Below, in pieces: positions 13,736-27,645 of a stretch of 64,000 nt of DNA (positions within the stretch are counted from its first letter, which is position 1; each line of letters opens with the position of its first letter). Source of the DNA: Leucoraja ocellata (taxonomy: Eukaryota). The notes under the pieces were generated by a model. It ran no database searches. It worked only from the letters and a program-made list of their open reading frames with translations, and was not told where the DNA came from. The position numbers were made by a program, and so were the translations under genes. Location: positions 11,284,001 through 11,348,000 of the forward strand of contig JAWMAR010000007.1 of the NCBI GenBank assembly GCA_036785375.1. Direction: 5' to 3'.

Positions 13736-16700
13736 TTTACAGCACAAAAATTGACATTTTTGGCGGGTTTTAACGGGCCCGCTACGCTGGAAACAATGGT
13801 AAGTGCCTACCTGCGGTTCATCGCGTGTACTCCATTTGGAGTAGCGTAGCAACAGTACGGGTCATGGGTCGTAGCCCGACTGCCGTGAAACCTCCCTATA
13901 AAGGTGCCAACCAAAAACGTGACCTATCCACCATCTCCAGAGATGCGGCCTGGCCCGCTGAGTTACTCCAGCTCTTTGTGTCTCTTTTCAATAAAAGACC
14001 ACTCACATGCTGACCACACTCTCTACCCACCTCTCCTGTTGTGTGAAAGCTACAAAAGCTAGAAAACATCTACCACTCCTATCGAAGAACGGGTGTTTAG
14101 CTGCTGGTATCAAACCCTTGAAATGCACCATGTGCAAAGGATGTAAAACAGCTAACTTCTAATCCACCTTTTTTTCTGCATTTTCTCTGTAGCAGTAACA
14201 CTATGCTCATCACTATGTTTCCTTTCAGTTTAGAGCTATCTGAAGATGGGTCCCAACCAAAAAGGTCACCCATCCTTTTCTCCAGAGATGCTGCCTGACC
14301 CACTGAGTTTCTCAAGCACTTTGTGTCTATCCTCAGTATAAACCAGCATCTGCAGTTCCTTCCTAGGCACTCAAGTATAGTTTGATTGTACTCACATGTG
14401 ATAAGATGTGTCTGAGTTGCACTGTACCTTGGTACACATGATAATAATTAAAAACAAATACCAATACCAATAAGCTGTGAGCAGGCACTCTGGGGGCTTG
14501 CAGGTATTGCAGGGAACAAGATTCTGTTCACAGCATGGTTTGGAGTGTCAAACATTACATTAGGGTACTTGATGAGGTTTGAATCCTCTCTGGAGGTAGA
14601 AACAAAATGCTAGAGTAACTCAGTGGGACAGGCAGCATCTCTGGAGAGAAGGAATGGGTGATGTTTCAGGTTGTGATCCTTCTTCAGATTGAAGCTTTCT
14701 CAGACGTCTTCAGTCTCAATCCAAAACGTCACCCATTCCTTCTCTCCAGAGATACTGTCCGTCCCACTGAGTTACTCCAGCATTTTGTCTATCTTCAGTG
14801 TAAACTAGCATCTGCAATTTCTTCTGACACATTGAATCCTCTCTTGGCTCCTCTTCTCAGCATTTATTTTCCCATCAGTGCTGTTTTCCTGTTCCCTGCA
14901 GCCATGGATCGCTTTACCTGTGGGAAGACCAGTGTATCCTGGAGCAGGATTGGAAAGAGCAGATTTCCCTCCTGCAGCCAGTAAAGATGGTGAGAGCAAA
15001 TGGCTGCACGTCAACATAATTAGGATAAATTCTTGCCCCAATTGTCCTTGTTTCCGGAACAGAGTCTTCCTTCTCAAGGGGCTTTCTTTTCGAATGACTC
15101 CTTGCAGCAGAAATAAATGGACGGGTTCACCAGACAATGTATTATCACATGCTTTTGGAATGGGTGAAAGAACACAGAGTTAGCATGGTTAAACATGTAT
15201 TTAACAATCAAGAGTCAAGAGTGTTTTATTGTCATATGTCCCAAACAGAACAATGAAATTGACTACTGTAACTTCCTCTCCCCTGACGCTCGGACTGAAG
15301 AAGGGTCTCGAACCGAAACGCACCCATTCCTTCTGAGTTACTCCAGCATTCTGCATCTTTCTTTGGTGTAAACCAGCATCTGCAGTTCCTTCCTACACAA
15401 TTAAATTCTTAAAGGCCTGTCCCACTTGCGTGTCCTTGGTACGCAATATGTAAATGTAGTATCTAATNNNNNNNNNNNNNNNNNNNNNNNNNNNNNNNNN
15501 NNNNNNNNNNNNNNNNNNNNNNNNNNNNNNNNNNNNNNNNNNNNNNNNNNNNNNNNNNNNNNNNNNNNNNNNNNNNNNNNNNNNNNNNNNNNNNNNNNNN
15601 NNNNNNNNNNNNNNNNNNNNNNNNNNTGAACTGCTTTCAGTTTATTAGACTAATATATTAACATATTCTATTGTTCTGTATATATGTATATATATGTGTG
15701 TGTGTGTGTGTGTACATGTGTGTGTGCATACTGAACTTTTTGTTTATTAGATACTACATTTACATATTGCGTGCCAAGGTACACACATACATACATATAT
15801 ACACATATAACAAACAAATAAGCAACAATAGTGCAAAAAGACAAAACCAATAACCCAAGTCCATCTAGTTTAGAACTTATTTGGAGGTTGCAATGTTTAA
15901 TAGCTTGATGCTGTAGGGCTAGTCAAACCATGTTAGAGCTACCATAGTTAAACTTGTGTGTTGATCTGAGGGACTGTTTCAGGTGCACGTCCCAGTTCTT
16001 GGGGATTTCTTTATGGAGATTATGTTGAGAGAGCAGGGTAACAGAAACCATAGCGATGATCCTGGGTTACTCGGTGCCCTCTGTTGCTGGCTGTTCTCAC
16101 TGTGTTCTTGTTCCGCCAGCCTTACCAAGAGCAGAAGGTACTGTAGCGAATGCATTAGAGCACTCTGCTACTTTACAATTGCCTTTGAAACTAATGATGT
16201 AGAACGCCGAGGGAACATCATGTCCAATTCTCAGCAGATCAGAAGGCAGGATGGAACAGGAGCTCATGAGCTGCATGGTGTCCTCAACAGAAATGCCGCA
16301 CAATGTCTGGAGCATGAACCTGGCCGTACTTTAGATTTTACTTTAGGCTTTAGAGATACAGCGCGGAAACTGTCCTTCAGCCCACCGAGTCTGTTCTGAC
16401 CAGTGATCACCCCACACTCTAGGGGCAATTTACAATTTACAGAAGTCAACTTAACCTGTACGTCTACACGGTCACAGGGAGAACGTTCAAACTCTGTACA
16501 ACCGTAGTCCGGATCGAACACCCGTCTCTGGCACTGTAAAGCAGCAACTCTACCACTGCGCCACCGTGCCATTGTTGTGGATCACTATGCTCATTATAAA
16601 TAACCAGAGCATAGAATATTGCTGATGACCATTTTGTAACCGGCATTCGTTTCTTTGTGCTGTCATGGTGACATATTGCAAACCTTTGAAACTAAATTCA

Positions 16701-16865
16701 TTTTAAAATAAAGAGCACCAGCATCAGTGGGAATTATTGGATCCAGCAGAGAATTAATAAGATCATGAAAAACTGATTTTAATTTGCTCCCTCAGGGGGA
16801 TTTTCACTCACTGGACGTTCAAATTGGGCTACTGAGGGTCACATTTAAACAAGGCCAATATACTT

Positions 16866-17200
16866 GTGTAGGAAGGAACTGCAGATGCTGGTTTAAACCA
16901 AAGATCACCACAAAAAGCTGGAGTAACTCAGCGGGTAAGGCAGCATCTCTGGAGAAAATAAATATGTGATGTTTCTGGTCGAGACACTTCTTGAGACTGA
17001 GAGTCAGGGGAAAGGGAATTGAAAGATATAGACGGTGATGTAGAGAGATATGTCAACTGTGTGCTAGGTGAGAACGAGTACGGACAATGAGACTCAACAA
17101 GACTACTTTGAAGCTGATACGACTTGGGTGGGGGAGAGATGGAAAGAGAGGGAACGTGGGGGTTACTTGAAGTTAGAGAAATGAATATTCATACCACTAT
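16866..17200 (-). mobile_element. Penelope-like element 3' end / pLTR fragment
   Basis: Minus strand reads SGMNIHFSNFK*, resembling a Penelope ORF C-terminus, followed by the repeat unit that also forms the palindromic repeats in this window. Confidence 0.55.
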
Positions 17201-17999
17201 ACCAATATACTTTCCTGGAGTGAGGAGTCCAGAGTTACATGTAAAACACATAATGAATAAACAAATATCAAGAAAGATATAAGATCCGAGATGTTTATAA
17301 GATGAATTAAAAGTTGCCTGGACCTACATAATCATGGTTTATATATAATTATGAGAGGCACAAATAGTAGATAGTGCTTTTTCTGATATCTTTAAATGCA
17401 TATGTTTAAGATGAGAGGGTGAAAGTTTATAGGAGGTTCATGTGGCAAATGCTGTTTTACACAGATGCCTAGATGCCTGGAATATGCTGCCAGTGGGGTC
17501 ACAGAGATTCATAGTCATGCAGACAGAAACAGGCTCTTCGGCCCATCTTGCCCATGTTGACCAAGATGTCCCATCTACACAAGTCCTACCTGCCTGTGTT
17601 TGGCCCATATACCTCTAAACATTTCATATCATGTACCTGTCCAAATGTCTTTTAAATCAATGTCTCAACTACCCTTCAATTTCCAACACCGTACAGTTTC
17701 CATCAGACCAAGGAATCAAGCCCAAGTCTGCCCAATGTCCCCCAATATAAACTCAGTCGCTTGAGTTCTAGCAACATCCTTATAAATTGTTTCTCCACTC
17801 TTTCCAGCTTAATGGGATCTATCCTACAGCAGCATGATCAGAACTGAACACAATACTCCAAGAGTGGCCTTGCCAACATCTTGTGCAACTGCAAGTTTAC
17901 ATCCCAACTTCGATAGTGACCAGATTGATGATGACCAGCATGCCAAATGATTTCTTCACCACCCCGTCACCTTGTTATGTCACTTCAAGAAACTATGAT

Positions 18000-18500
18000 A
18001 ACCATATAACCATATAACAATTACAGCACGGAAACAGGCCATCTCGACCCTTCTAGTCCGTGCCGAACACATAATCTCCCCTAGTCCCATATACCTGCGC
18101 TCAGACCATAACCCTCCATTCCCTTCCCATCCATATAACTATCCAATTTATTTTTAAATGATAAAAACGAACCTGCCTCCACCACCTTCACTGGAAGCTC
18201 ATTCCACACCGCTACCACTCTCTCAGTAAAGAAGTTCCCCCTCATGTTACCCCTAAACTTCAGTCCCTTAATTCTCATGTCATGTCCCCTTGTTTGAATC
18301 TTCCCTACTCTCAGTGGGAAAAGCTTTTCCACGTCAACTCTGTCTATCCCTCTCATCATTTTAAAAACCTCTATCAAGTCCCCCCTTAACCTTCTGCGCT
18401 CCAAAGAATAAAGCCCTAACTTGGTCAACCTTTCTCTGTAACTTAGTTGCTGAAACCCAGGCAACATTCTAGTAAATCTCCTCTGTACTCTCTCTATTTG
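18000..18500 (-). mobile_element. CR1 LINE 3' fragment
   Basis: ERVQRRFTRMLPG...LYSLERRRLRGDLIEVFK...FFTERVV; (accatata) tail. Confidence 0.9.
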
Positions 18501-21500
18501 ATCTTCTGCTCTGTTCCAGAACACTCCGCAGGGCCCTACCAATGAAAGTCCTTCCCTGGTGTAACTTCCCAAAATGCACCATCTCGCATTTATCCAAATT
18601 AAAACACAATTTTCAATTCCTCGGCCAATTTACTCAAATGATCAAGATCCTTCAATAATTCTTGAAAACCTTCTCTACTGTATCACACCACCTATTTTAG
18701 TTTAGTTTAGTTTAGATATAAAGTGTGGAAGCAGTCCCTTCTGCCCACAGAGTCCATGCACGAGTTCCATGCTATCCCACTTTTGAATCCTACGTACTCG
18801 GGGCAATTTTACTGAAGCCAATTAACCTACAAACCTCCTGGCCTTTAACACATTTTCCCAGTTGATCTATTGTACATCCTGCAGTAATCTCCAATAACCC
18901 TCTTCACTGTCTACCATGCCACCAATCCACAAACTTACTGACTGTGGTAACTACATTCTTATCCCAATCATTAATATAAATAACAAACAATGGTGGGCCC
19001 AACATCGATCTCTGCATTGTTCACCAATCCATAAGACCATAAGACATAGGAACAGAATTTGGCTATTCGGCCCGTCAAGTGTGCTCTGTAATTTGATCAT
19101 GGCTTATCTACTTTTCCCTCTCAACACCATTCTCTTCTCTCTGTAACCTTTGAAGCCTGTACCAATAAATAAAATCAATCTCTGCTATGAAAACAACTAA
19201 TGACTTGGCCAGCACAGCCGTCTGTGGCAACGAATTCCACAGATTCACCATGCTCTGGCTATACAAATTACTCCTCATCTCCGTTCTAAAGGTACATCCT
19301 TTGAGTCTGTGTCCTCTGGTCCTAGACTATCCGACTGGAAATATCTTATTTACATCCACTCTATCTAGGCCTTTCTGGGAGGTTGGTATTGTTATAGGTT
19401 CATGGAATAGGTAGAGTTAAAAGCTTCATTTACATGCTATCCAGTCAAATGATACCATGCTTTAACACAATCAAATCATGCACAATTACAGCAGGGATTG
19501 CATAGGTAAAAATATCAGAGTGCAGACTATAACGTTACAGTTTATAGTTTAGTTTAGGTTAGTTTAGTTTAGACAATAGACAATAGGTGCAGGAGTAGGC
19601 CATTTGGCCCTTCGAGCCAGCACCACCATTCACTATGATCATGGCTGATTATCCACAATCAGTACCCCGTTCCTGCCTTCTCCCCGTATCCCTTGACTCC
19701 GCTATCTTTAAGAGCTCTTTCTAATTCTCTCTTGAAAGCATCCAGAGAATCGGCCTCCACTGCCTACTGCGGCAGAGTATTCCAGGGCCCTGTACAACTT
19801 GCTCCTATACTCAACTCCTCTTGTTATGAAGGCCAACATGCCATGAGCTTTCTTCACTGCCTGCTTTACCTGCATGCTTACTTTTTAGTTTAGAGATACG
19901 GCGTGGAATCAGGCCCTTTGGGCCACCGAATCTGCACCAACCAGCGATCCCCGCATATTAACACTATCCTACACACACCAGGGACAATTTACACATACAC
20001 CAAGCCAATTAATCTACATGCCTGTTCGTCCTAGGAGGAAACCGAAGATCTCGGAGAAAACCCACGCAGGGTTTGAGCATGAACTCGTTAGAGAACGTAC
20101 AAACTCTGTACTATTCCCTAGCTTAAAGCATCTGAGCAGTGAGAGGAGGTAGAAGGTTCCGGAGTCTTTACCATGGACAGCAGAGGGTGATTTCTAGATC
20201 TTTGGGGAATATAGAAATCCAGCTGAGATTGCCACTTGTGAGAGTGAAGGATCTGGGAGGTCTGTGCATGCACGGAGCAGATACTAACTGTTATCTGGTA
20301 AAATCTAAATCTAAATCTATACCTACTATCTACTGCCACCAACCATTTGAAGAATTTAGTAAAAAAGGAATTTCACAGCATGATTCCTGATCCAGGAACA
20401 TTGACTGAATGTAGGAGCAAAATGGAAAGGCCAAGTGGAGTTGGTGCTTGAATCGGGCCATTTCTTAAACTGGTACACAAACCAAAGCTGACCTGTCAAG
20501 TGTGGCTGTGCTACATTGTTTTATATTCTCAGATAACAAAATTACTCAGAAATTTGATAAACGATAACTCGAAGTCTCAATTACAGAATGGGACTCAGAA
20601 AGACTTAATTAGGTGATGAACAGAATGAGATGATTATCCACAAGTCTACATTCATTCACAGTGTTCATACATCCAAATTTCAGTTATAATGATGGGTGCA
20701 TGCATAATCAATAAAACTCCCGTTAGGCTTTGTCTGCGGTTTCCTGTCACCACATTAGTACAACACCGCATCTCTATTTACTAATTATTAGCTCTTGCTA
20801 TTGTTTACCCTACCACACTGAACATTGCCATAGCCAGGCAGCGGGCCTGGCCCGCCCACTGCGGAACCTGGAACTCGCCACCGAGCCGGGCTTGTACCCG
20901 AGGACCAGGAACAGCCCAGGAGGGTGGAGGGTGGAGGGAGTCGACAATGGCGGCAGATGCTGGGGTAAAGGGCCAGTAAGTCTGTTGGATGCGATCCCTA
21001 GGGCACAAAGGCTGAAGGTGGCCCAGGCAGGGAGAGGAACGATGGGTCGCCGGCAATCCGGAAGGAGGAGATGGTTGCAACAGGTATTTTTGGCCAGCAG
21101 CAGCTGGGACTTCGAAAATGACACCAAAACCTGGCGACATTTGTATATGGACTCAGTGGCTTGGTTCTATATATATGCTGTACTTAGTCGAGAATTGTAC
21201 TTACGTTTGGCAATAATTGTACTGAGCTGAATGCAAAAAGAGAACTTCACTGTACCTTGGTACAGGTGATAATAAAGAACCATTGAAACATTGACTATTG
21301 ACCATTGACCATTGAAGTTTGGGAATTGCCCGTTCAAGTGCAGGGATTGGATTCTGGACCTTGATAGTCTTACATTTTTTGCCCATTATTTCTTAATGAG
21401 ACCTTCATAAGGTCATAAGTGATAAGAGCAGAATTAGGACATTCTGCTCTGTCATTCAATCATGGCTGATCTATCTCTCCCTCCCAACCCCATCCTCCTG

Positions 21501-21718
21501 TCTTCTTCCCATAACCCCTGACACCCTTACCATCAATTTACTTTTGAAGTTCATCTGCAGTGACAGAATACAATATCTAACGAATGGCTGGGAGAAAAGT
21601 TAGCTCCGCATCTGTCCTAGCTTGGCTTCAAAGGTGGGCAGAGGAAGTCCACAAAGTCTTCTCCATGTCGGGGAATTGAAAGGGAAAGTGAAGAATGATG
21701 GGTCAGTTCTCCCTCCCT

Positions 21719-21756
<38 letters not shown>

Positions 21757-22238
21757 CCCACCAACAGTGCTTCCCAGGGCTCGCTGGACACTAAAAGCTG
21801 ACAAACATGGTGGTGAAAATCAACTTAAATCCTGAGATACATGGAAGGAGCAACTAGAAAGGGCAGCACAGTGGCACAGTGGTAGAGTTACAAGACAAGA
21901 GACCCGGGTTCGATCCTGTCTATGGGTGCTGTCTTTACGGAGTTTATACATTCTTGCTGTGACTGTGTGGGCTTTCGCCGGGTGCTCCGGTTTCTTCCCA
22001 CATTCCAATGAGTCTTGGAAGGTTAATTTTGTTAGTAGAGGATTTGTAGGCTAATTGGCTACTGTAAATCGGCCGTAAAGTGTAGGATAGAACTAGTTCA
22101 TGAACGATCGTATGTGAGCATGAACTCATTAGCTGAAAGGCCTGTTTCCACGCTGTATCTCTAAACTAAACTAAACTAAAAGACGGTGGCCAACTCCTGC
22201 TCTGACTGAATCTGTACATTGCCAGGTGATATCATATC

Positions 22239-22315
22239 ACTAAACTAAACTAAACTAAACTAAACTAAACTAAACTAAACTAAACTAAACTAAACTAAAC
22301 TAAACTAAACTAAAC
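22239..22315 (+). repeat. (CTAAA)n microsatellite
   Basis: About 15 perfect units. Confidence 0.95.
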
Positions 22316-22912
22316 CGAAAAGTCACCCATTCCTTGTATCCAATTGTGACAAATCTATATGTCATTTTGAAACCATTTTTGGTGTCAGGGTGATGCAGCA
22401 GTAGAGTTGCTGCCTTCCAGCCAGTGACCTGGGTTCAATCCTGACTACAGGTGCTGTCTGTACGGAGTTTGTACGCTCTCCCTGTGACCCTGTGGGTTTA
22501 CTCCGGGTGCTCCAGTTTTCACCTGCATTCCTCCTGCATTCCAAAGGTTTATAGGTTAATTGGCTTTGGTAAGAATAGTAAACTGTCCCTATTGTGTAGG
22601 ATAGTGTTAGTGTATGGGAAACAGCGGTCGGCACGGTCTCAGTGGGCTGAAGAGCCTGTTTCTGTGCTGTATCTCTAAACTCTAAGCTAAAACTAAACCC
22701 CATACTGACCACAGAGTGGGTATCAAGGAGATCAATGCTGTAGCCAGCACTGCAGTCACCAATTAATTAGACTAAACATTAATCAATATTGTATTTAGAT
22801 AAGGCTAGGACTTTGTGTAGTTGAGTACGGAAACATCTTCAAAAGATGTTAGAAAATGATACAAATGTTAATGGAAAACTGCAATAAGTCACTGTAAATG
22901 AGTAAAAGCGGC

Positions 22913-22918
22913 TATAAA
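22913..22918 (+). promoter_or_regulatory. Candidate TATA box of relaxin-like gene 2
   Basis: GCTATAAA about 60 nt upstream of the ATG at 22975. Confidence 0.5.
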
Positions 22919-22974
22919 CAGAGGAAAGAGCTGATGAATGTAAGAGGCAGGGGTGGTCAGGACTGTGAACTGAA

Positions 22975-23158
22975 ATGAGAAATCTGGTGCCAATCCTGGC
23001 CGTGGAGCTGCTGCTGTCGATGTCCTTTATCACGGGCTTTGCCAAGACACTTGATCTGGATGAGGTATACAGAAAGCTCTGTGGCAGATTCTACCTGAGG
23101 AAGGCAGTGTTCATCTGTGAACACGTCAGGGGAATATCTCTGCACACCCGTGGATATG
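22975..23158 (+). CDS. Relaxin-like preprohormone gene 2, exon 1 (signal peptide + B chain)
   Basis: MRNLVPILAVELLLSMSFITGFA-KTLDLDEVYRKLCGRFYLRKAVFICEHVRGISLHTRGY. Hydrophobic leader, B-chain LCG-X10-C, relaxin cassette R-FYL-R-KA-V (RxxxRxxV). Phase-1 donor G|GTGAGT at 23158/23159. Confidence 0.93.
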
Positions 23159-23446
23159 GTGAGTGCTGACATCCCTGTAATTCATTTGGGCCACAAAGTG
23201 CTCACCGTGATGGCCTAACGGGGCAAGTGTTATTGCCATTACAATGGGAGGTGCTATTTATCATTGAAGTGTGTATGATATTACGGCTTTAGCATGTAAA
23301 TAGAAACAGAGTACAGGTTTTCAGTACTCGCTGTTGCCAGTGGGGGTCTTCTTTATTTTTCAAAAATGTACACTTCGCATACTCACACATATTCATGAGA
23401 CTAATAAGATATTGAATATATCACATGACATAAATCATACCCTTAT

Positions 23447-24775
23447 GGGCGGCATGGTGGCACAGCGGTAGAGTTGCTGCCTTACAGTGCTTGTAGTGCC
23501 GGAGGCCTGGGTTCGACCCCGACTATGGGTGCTGTGCAAAGACGTACTGGTTTGTAGGTTAATTGGCTTGGGTTTGTATACTTGGTATAAATGTAAATTG
23601 TGTGTGTAGGCTTGTGTTAATGTGTGGGGATCACTGGTCAGCGCGGTCTCAGTGGGCCGAAGGACCTGTTTCCGCGCTGTATCTCTAAACTAAACTAAAC
23701 TAAATTCGAGTACTCTGTATTTAAAGTTGCAGTTACCATTATCTACACTATTATATACGGTAGAGTTGCTGCCTTACAGCGAATGCTGGGCCGCAGACCC
23801 AGGTTTGATCCCGACTACGGGTGCTGTCTGTATGGAGTTTGTACGTTCTCCCTGTGATCTGCGTGGGTTTTCTTCCAGATCTTTGGTTTCCTCCCACACT
23901 CCAAAGACGAACAGGTTTTTTGGGTTAATTGACTTGATAAATGTAAAAATTGTCCTAGTGGGTGTAGGATGGTATTAATGTGCGGGGATCGCTGCTCAGC
24001 GCAGGCCCGGTGGGCCCAATGGGCCTGTTTCCATGCTGTATTTCTAAACTAAGACCCTGGTAAACATAGGCTTGCTCAAAAATGACATGATGTCCAAGGT
24101 TAGACAGAATAAAGTAAAGTTTATTTTAGTTCAGAGATACAGCGAGGAAACAGGCCCTTCGGCTCATCGAGTCTGCACCTCACAAGCAAGCTCTGTACAC
24201 TCGCACTATCCTACACTGTCATAGGAACAATTTACAATTTTTACCAAAGCAAATTAATTTACAAACCTGTAGGTCTGCGTAAAAACCCACACAGGTCAAA
24301 GGAGAAGGTACAAACTCCGTACAGACAGCACCCATGGCCAAGATCGAGCCCGGGTCTCTTGTGCTGTAAGGCAGAACTCTCCTGCTGTACCACTGTGCTG
24401 CTCTTTTGTAAAATACATTCCTACAGATGAGCTGAACCACTCAATGGGGTTTATTATTTATGCTTTATAATTATGTAGTTTATGAAGTGGCACGGTGGCG
24501 CAGCGGTAGAGTTGCTGCCTTAAAGTGCCAGAGACCCAGGTTTGATCCTGACTACGGGTGCTGTCTCTATGTATTTTTTATGTTCTCCCCGTGAGTGCAT
24601 GGGTTTTCCCATGAGAGGTCCAGTTTCCTCCCTTTGGTAAAGAGCGGTAGGGATTTGTAGCTTAATTAGCTTTGGTAAAATTGCAAATTGGCCCTAGTGT
24701 GTAGAATAGTGTTAATGTATGGGGATCGCTGGTCAGCGCGGTGGGCAGAAGGGCCTGTTTCTGCGCTGTATCTTA
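23447..24775. mobile_element. Cluster of four V-SINEs in the intron of relaxin-like gene 2
   Basis: Copies at about 23447(+), 23755(+), 24120(-) and 24487(+) share the same head, V-domain and tail. Confidence 0.8.
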
Positions 24776-26160
24776 TACTTTAAAAAATATATTTTATTTT
24801 ATTAGAAGTACGTACAATCATATGGCACCAAAGTGCCTAATATATATTTTCATAATACATTTTATGTTCAGCTTTTTGTTTTGTTATATTAAAGAAAGAT
24901 TAGAATAAGAAAAATAAATTAGATAGTAAAGGATAGAAAGACGTGAGATATATAGTGTGTGAAGAAAAAGAAAAAAGACGAATGAGTGAAGAAAGTCGAG
25001 AAAAAGAAAATTAAAAAAAGAGAATAAAACATAAAAAAATAAAATTAAAAAAAAGTAAGGAGATCATTGTTTATAATCTTGACCAACCCTCGTCCAGTCC
25101 TGAAACAGTTATTTTTTACAATTGTGTTGCACCATATGATTCCAAAAAGACAATAATAATAATAATCTTATTTATATAGCACATTTCCAGTCAACTTGCA
25201 TTGACCCCAAAGTGCTTCACATAATTACATTACATTACACACAGGCAAAGGTGGGTGAAGTGTCTTGCCCCAAGGACACAACGACAGTATGCACTCCAAG
25301 CGGGATTCAAACAGGCTACCTTCCGGTTGCCAGCCGAACACTTAGCCCATTGTGCCATCTGTCGACAAAGCTGTATCTTATACAAAACTAAACTAAACTA
25401 TTGTCACATGCAGCGAGGCACGGTAAAAATTTTCATTTGCATGCTATCCAGTCAAAGAAAAGACTAAACATGACCACAATCAAGCTGTCCAAAGTTTAAT
25501 TGTCATATGCACCTTCGCTCCATAGATGCTGCTGCACACGCTGAGTTTATCCAGCTTTTTTGTGTACTGACAACAAAACAATGATGTTTTCACTTGCAGC
25601 AGCATAATGAGCCTGTAACACAATACACAAAGATAATGAATAACCCCAATGCTATTGTAAAACAAATCTCTGGTTGACCAGCCACCATGTCAAAAGTTGT
25701 GTGTTTAATTGTCATTTTTATCATGATCGGAGCAATGAAATTCTTGCTCACAGCAGCATGGCAGGCCTGTAAACACAATACATACAATAAACAGTAAAAA
25801 TCAATAATTTAATAACCCCATATTAGTGCAAGGAAGCTTGAAATCCTTAGTGCAACCCAAGACAGTTGACAGCTCATAGGTCAGAGCCTGATGGTTGTTG
25901 AGTAGAAGCTGCTCAACCTGGTGGTCAAGGCACGAGTGAAATGAGAGCATGGCCAGGGTGGTGTAAGTCTTTGAAGATGCTGGGAATCCCTATAGTGGAG
26001 TGGACAGTACTTGTAATAGACTGAGGGGTGACCACCATATTTTATAATCTCCTTTGTACCTAGGCATTCGAGATACCAAACCAGGCAGTGATGCAACCAT
26101 GACTTCAAGAAGGGGGTGAAATGATAATAATTAGGGTACATGTTTTTACTTCTATTCCAG

Positions 26161-26462
26161 ATAGCTTCCTGAGCTCAAGTGCTGAAGATTATGCCAGGGA
26201 GATTTTCAGAAGGCACCCAGGTCAACTGCTGATAAATGGGCGGCTTCAGCAACTGGAGCCCTATCGCGGACAGCAACTGTTTCTGAACCGCGGCCTGCTT
26301 GGGCCGAAGCCAGAGGATGCCCCTTGGAGAAACAGTGCCAGCACCAAGCAACCCTCTCCGATGAGCGGTTTCCGGCGTGTTGTCAAGCAAGGAGTTAAAA
26401 GGCAATGTTGCCTAACCAAATGCACTGCCAGGGAGATATCCTACAGCTGTCGCAGTCCGTGA
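26161..26462 (+). CDS. Relaxin-like preprohormone gene 2, exon 2 (C-peptide + A chain)
   Basis: ttccAG acceptor at 26159-26160, phase 1, in frame with exon 1 (184+302 nt = 161 aa + stop). Ends ...SGFRR-VVKQGVKRQCCLTKCTAREISYSCRSP* with canonical CC-X3-C-X8-C; AATAAA at 26864. Confidence 0.93.
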
Positions 26463-27645
26463 CGTCTGGCACTTCACCGTGCCGATGGAATATTCTGCGC
26501 ACATAGTTTCAAAAATCAGAGCAATTACTATTTAGGAAGGAAATTGTTACCAATTCAGCCGTTGTCCACAACTCTAAACAGTCACACATGGTGACGGGAT
26601 CTGACGTCCGCAATCCCTCAGGACTTTCTGTCAAGTTTGATTGGGAAACCCTATGCAGTTTTATGATTTCCACAGCCAAATTCACATGGAGGGTGCTTGC
26701 AGAGGAATTTCTATGCAGGCAGTGAAAAATTCATTGTGTGTAGCCCATTGTCTTCAATAACATAGTAGCCTCCATGACAAGGATTTGTAGTCCTGCAGTA
26801 TTGAATTTTTAAAACAATTAAAAAGGTTGCAGCGCAAATGGTTTCCATGTCTTTTCATTTCTCAATAAAACAATCTAATTAATGGTGAAAGAGAGCCGTC
26901 TTCTCCGTGCTTCTGCACATGCATTTACAACAGCATTTGAAAGGAGACTTGGATAAAACTGATTGATTATTGAGCACAGCATCAAATGCATCAACGATTC
27001 CTGCTTTTGCAATCCCACAGAGTTTAGTTTAGGGCTAGTTTAATTTATTATTGTTACCTGAAATTCTGTGCTTGCATACAAGTACAGTGAAATTCTTTGC
27101 TTGCATACCCAAGGTATGCAAATTGTCACCCTTAAAGGGCGCTTACAAAGTTACAAAGTACCCCCACGCCAGGTTCTTCTTTGTTCTATCTTCCTTCCTC
27201 CCCCTCCTTCACGGCGGTCCCCCTACGTTGGGTCCTCCGTTGTTCCTTTCCTCGGCAGCGGCGTCCTCACTTCCACGTGGTCCATCCACGTCTGTCGGTC
27301 AGCGCCATCATCGACCGCCGCACCGACCTCTCCACTGACACCGTTGGGTCTCCTCTGGACCCTTCTGTGGCACCGACCCAGGCCCAAGCCGCATGGCTCT
27401 GGTGACCCAGAGTCCGTTGGCCGCGGGCTTTGTCGATTTGCGAGGCTCCGCCTCTGCCTCTGACCCGCGAGGTTCCGACCTGCGAGGCACCAGCCCGCGA
27501 GGTTCTGGCCTATGCTCCTCAGCGGCATCTCCGTAAGGCGTTCACTGATAGAATGAGTATGAGTATGAATTGATAGTATGAATCTGTTGACCCTGACAAA
27601 TGACACGTCGAACAAAAGGTTCTAAACCAAGGTTTAGTACAACTT

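Noticed and set aside
15435-15780. Inverted duplication around the N-gap
   Set aside because: It abuts an assembly gap and is likely an artifact.
15983-16399. 138-aa Cys-rich ORF (ALCCWLFSLCSC...YCSECIRALC) as a fourth hormone gene
   Set aside because: Cys spacing fits neither an A nor a B chain, no convincing splice sites were found, and it runs into a SINE.
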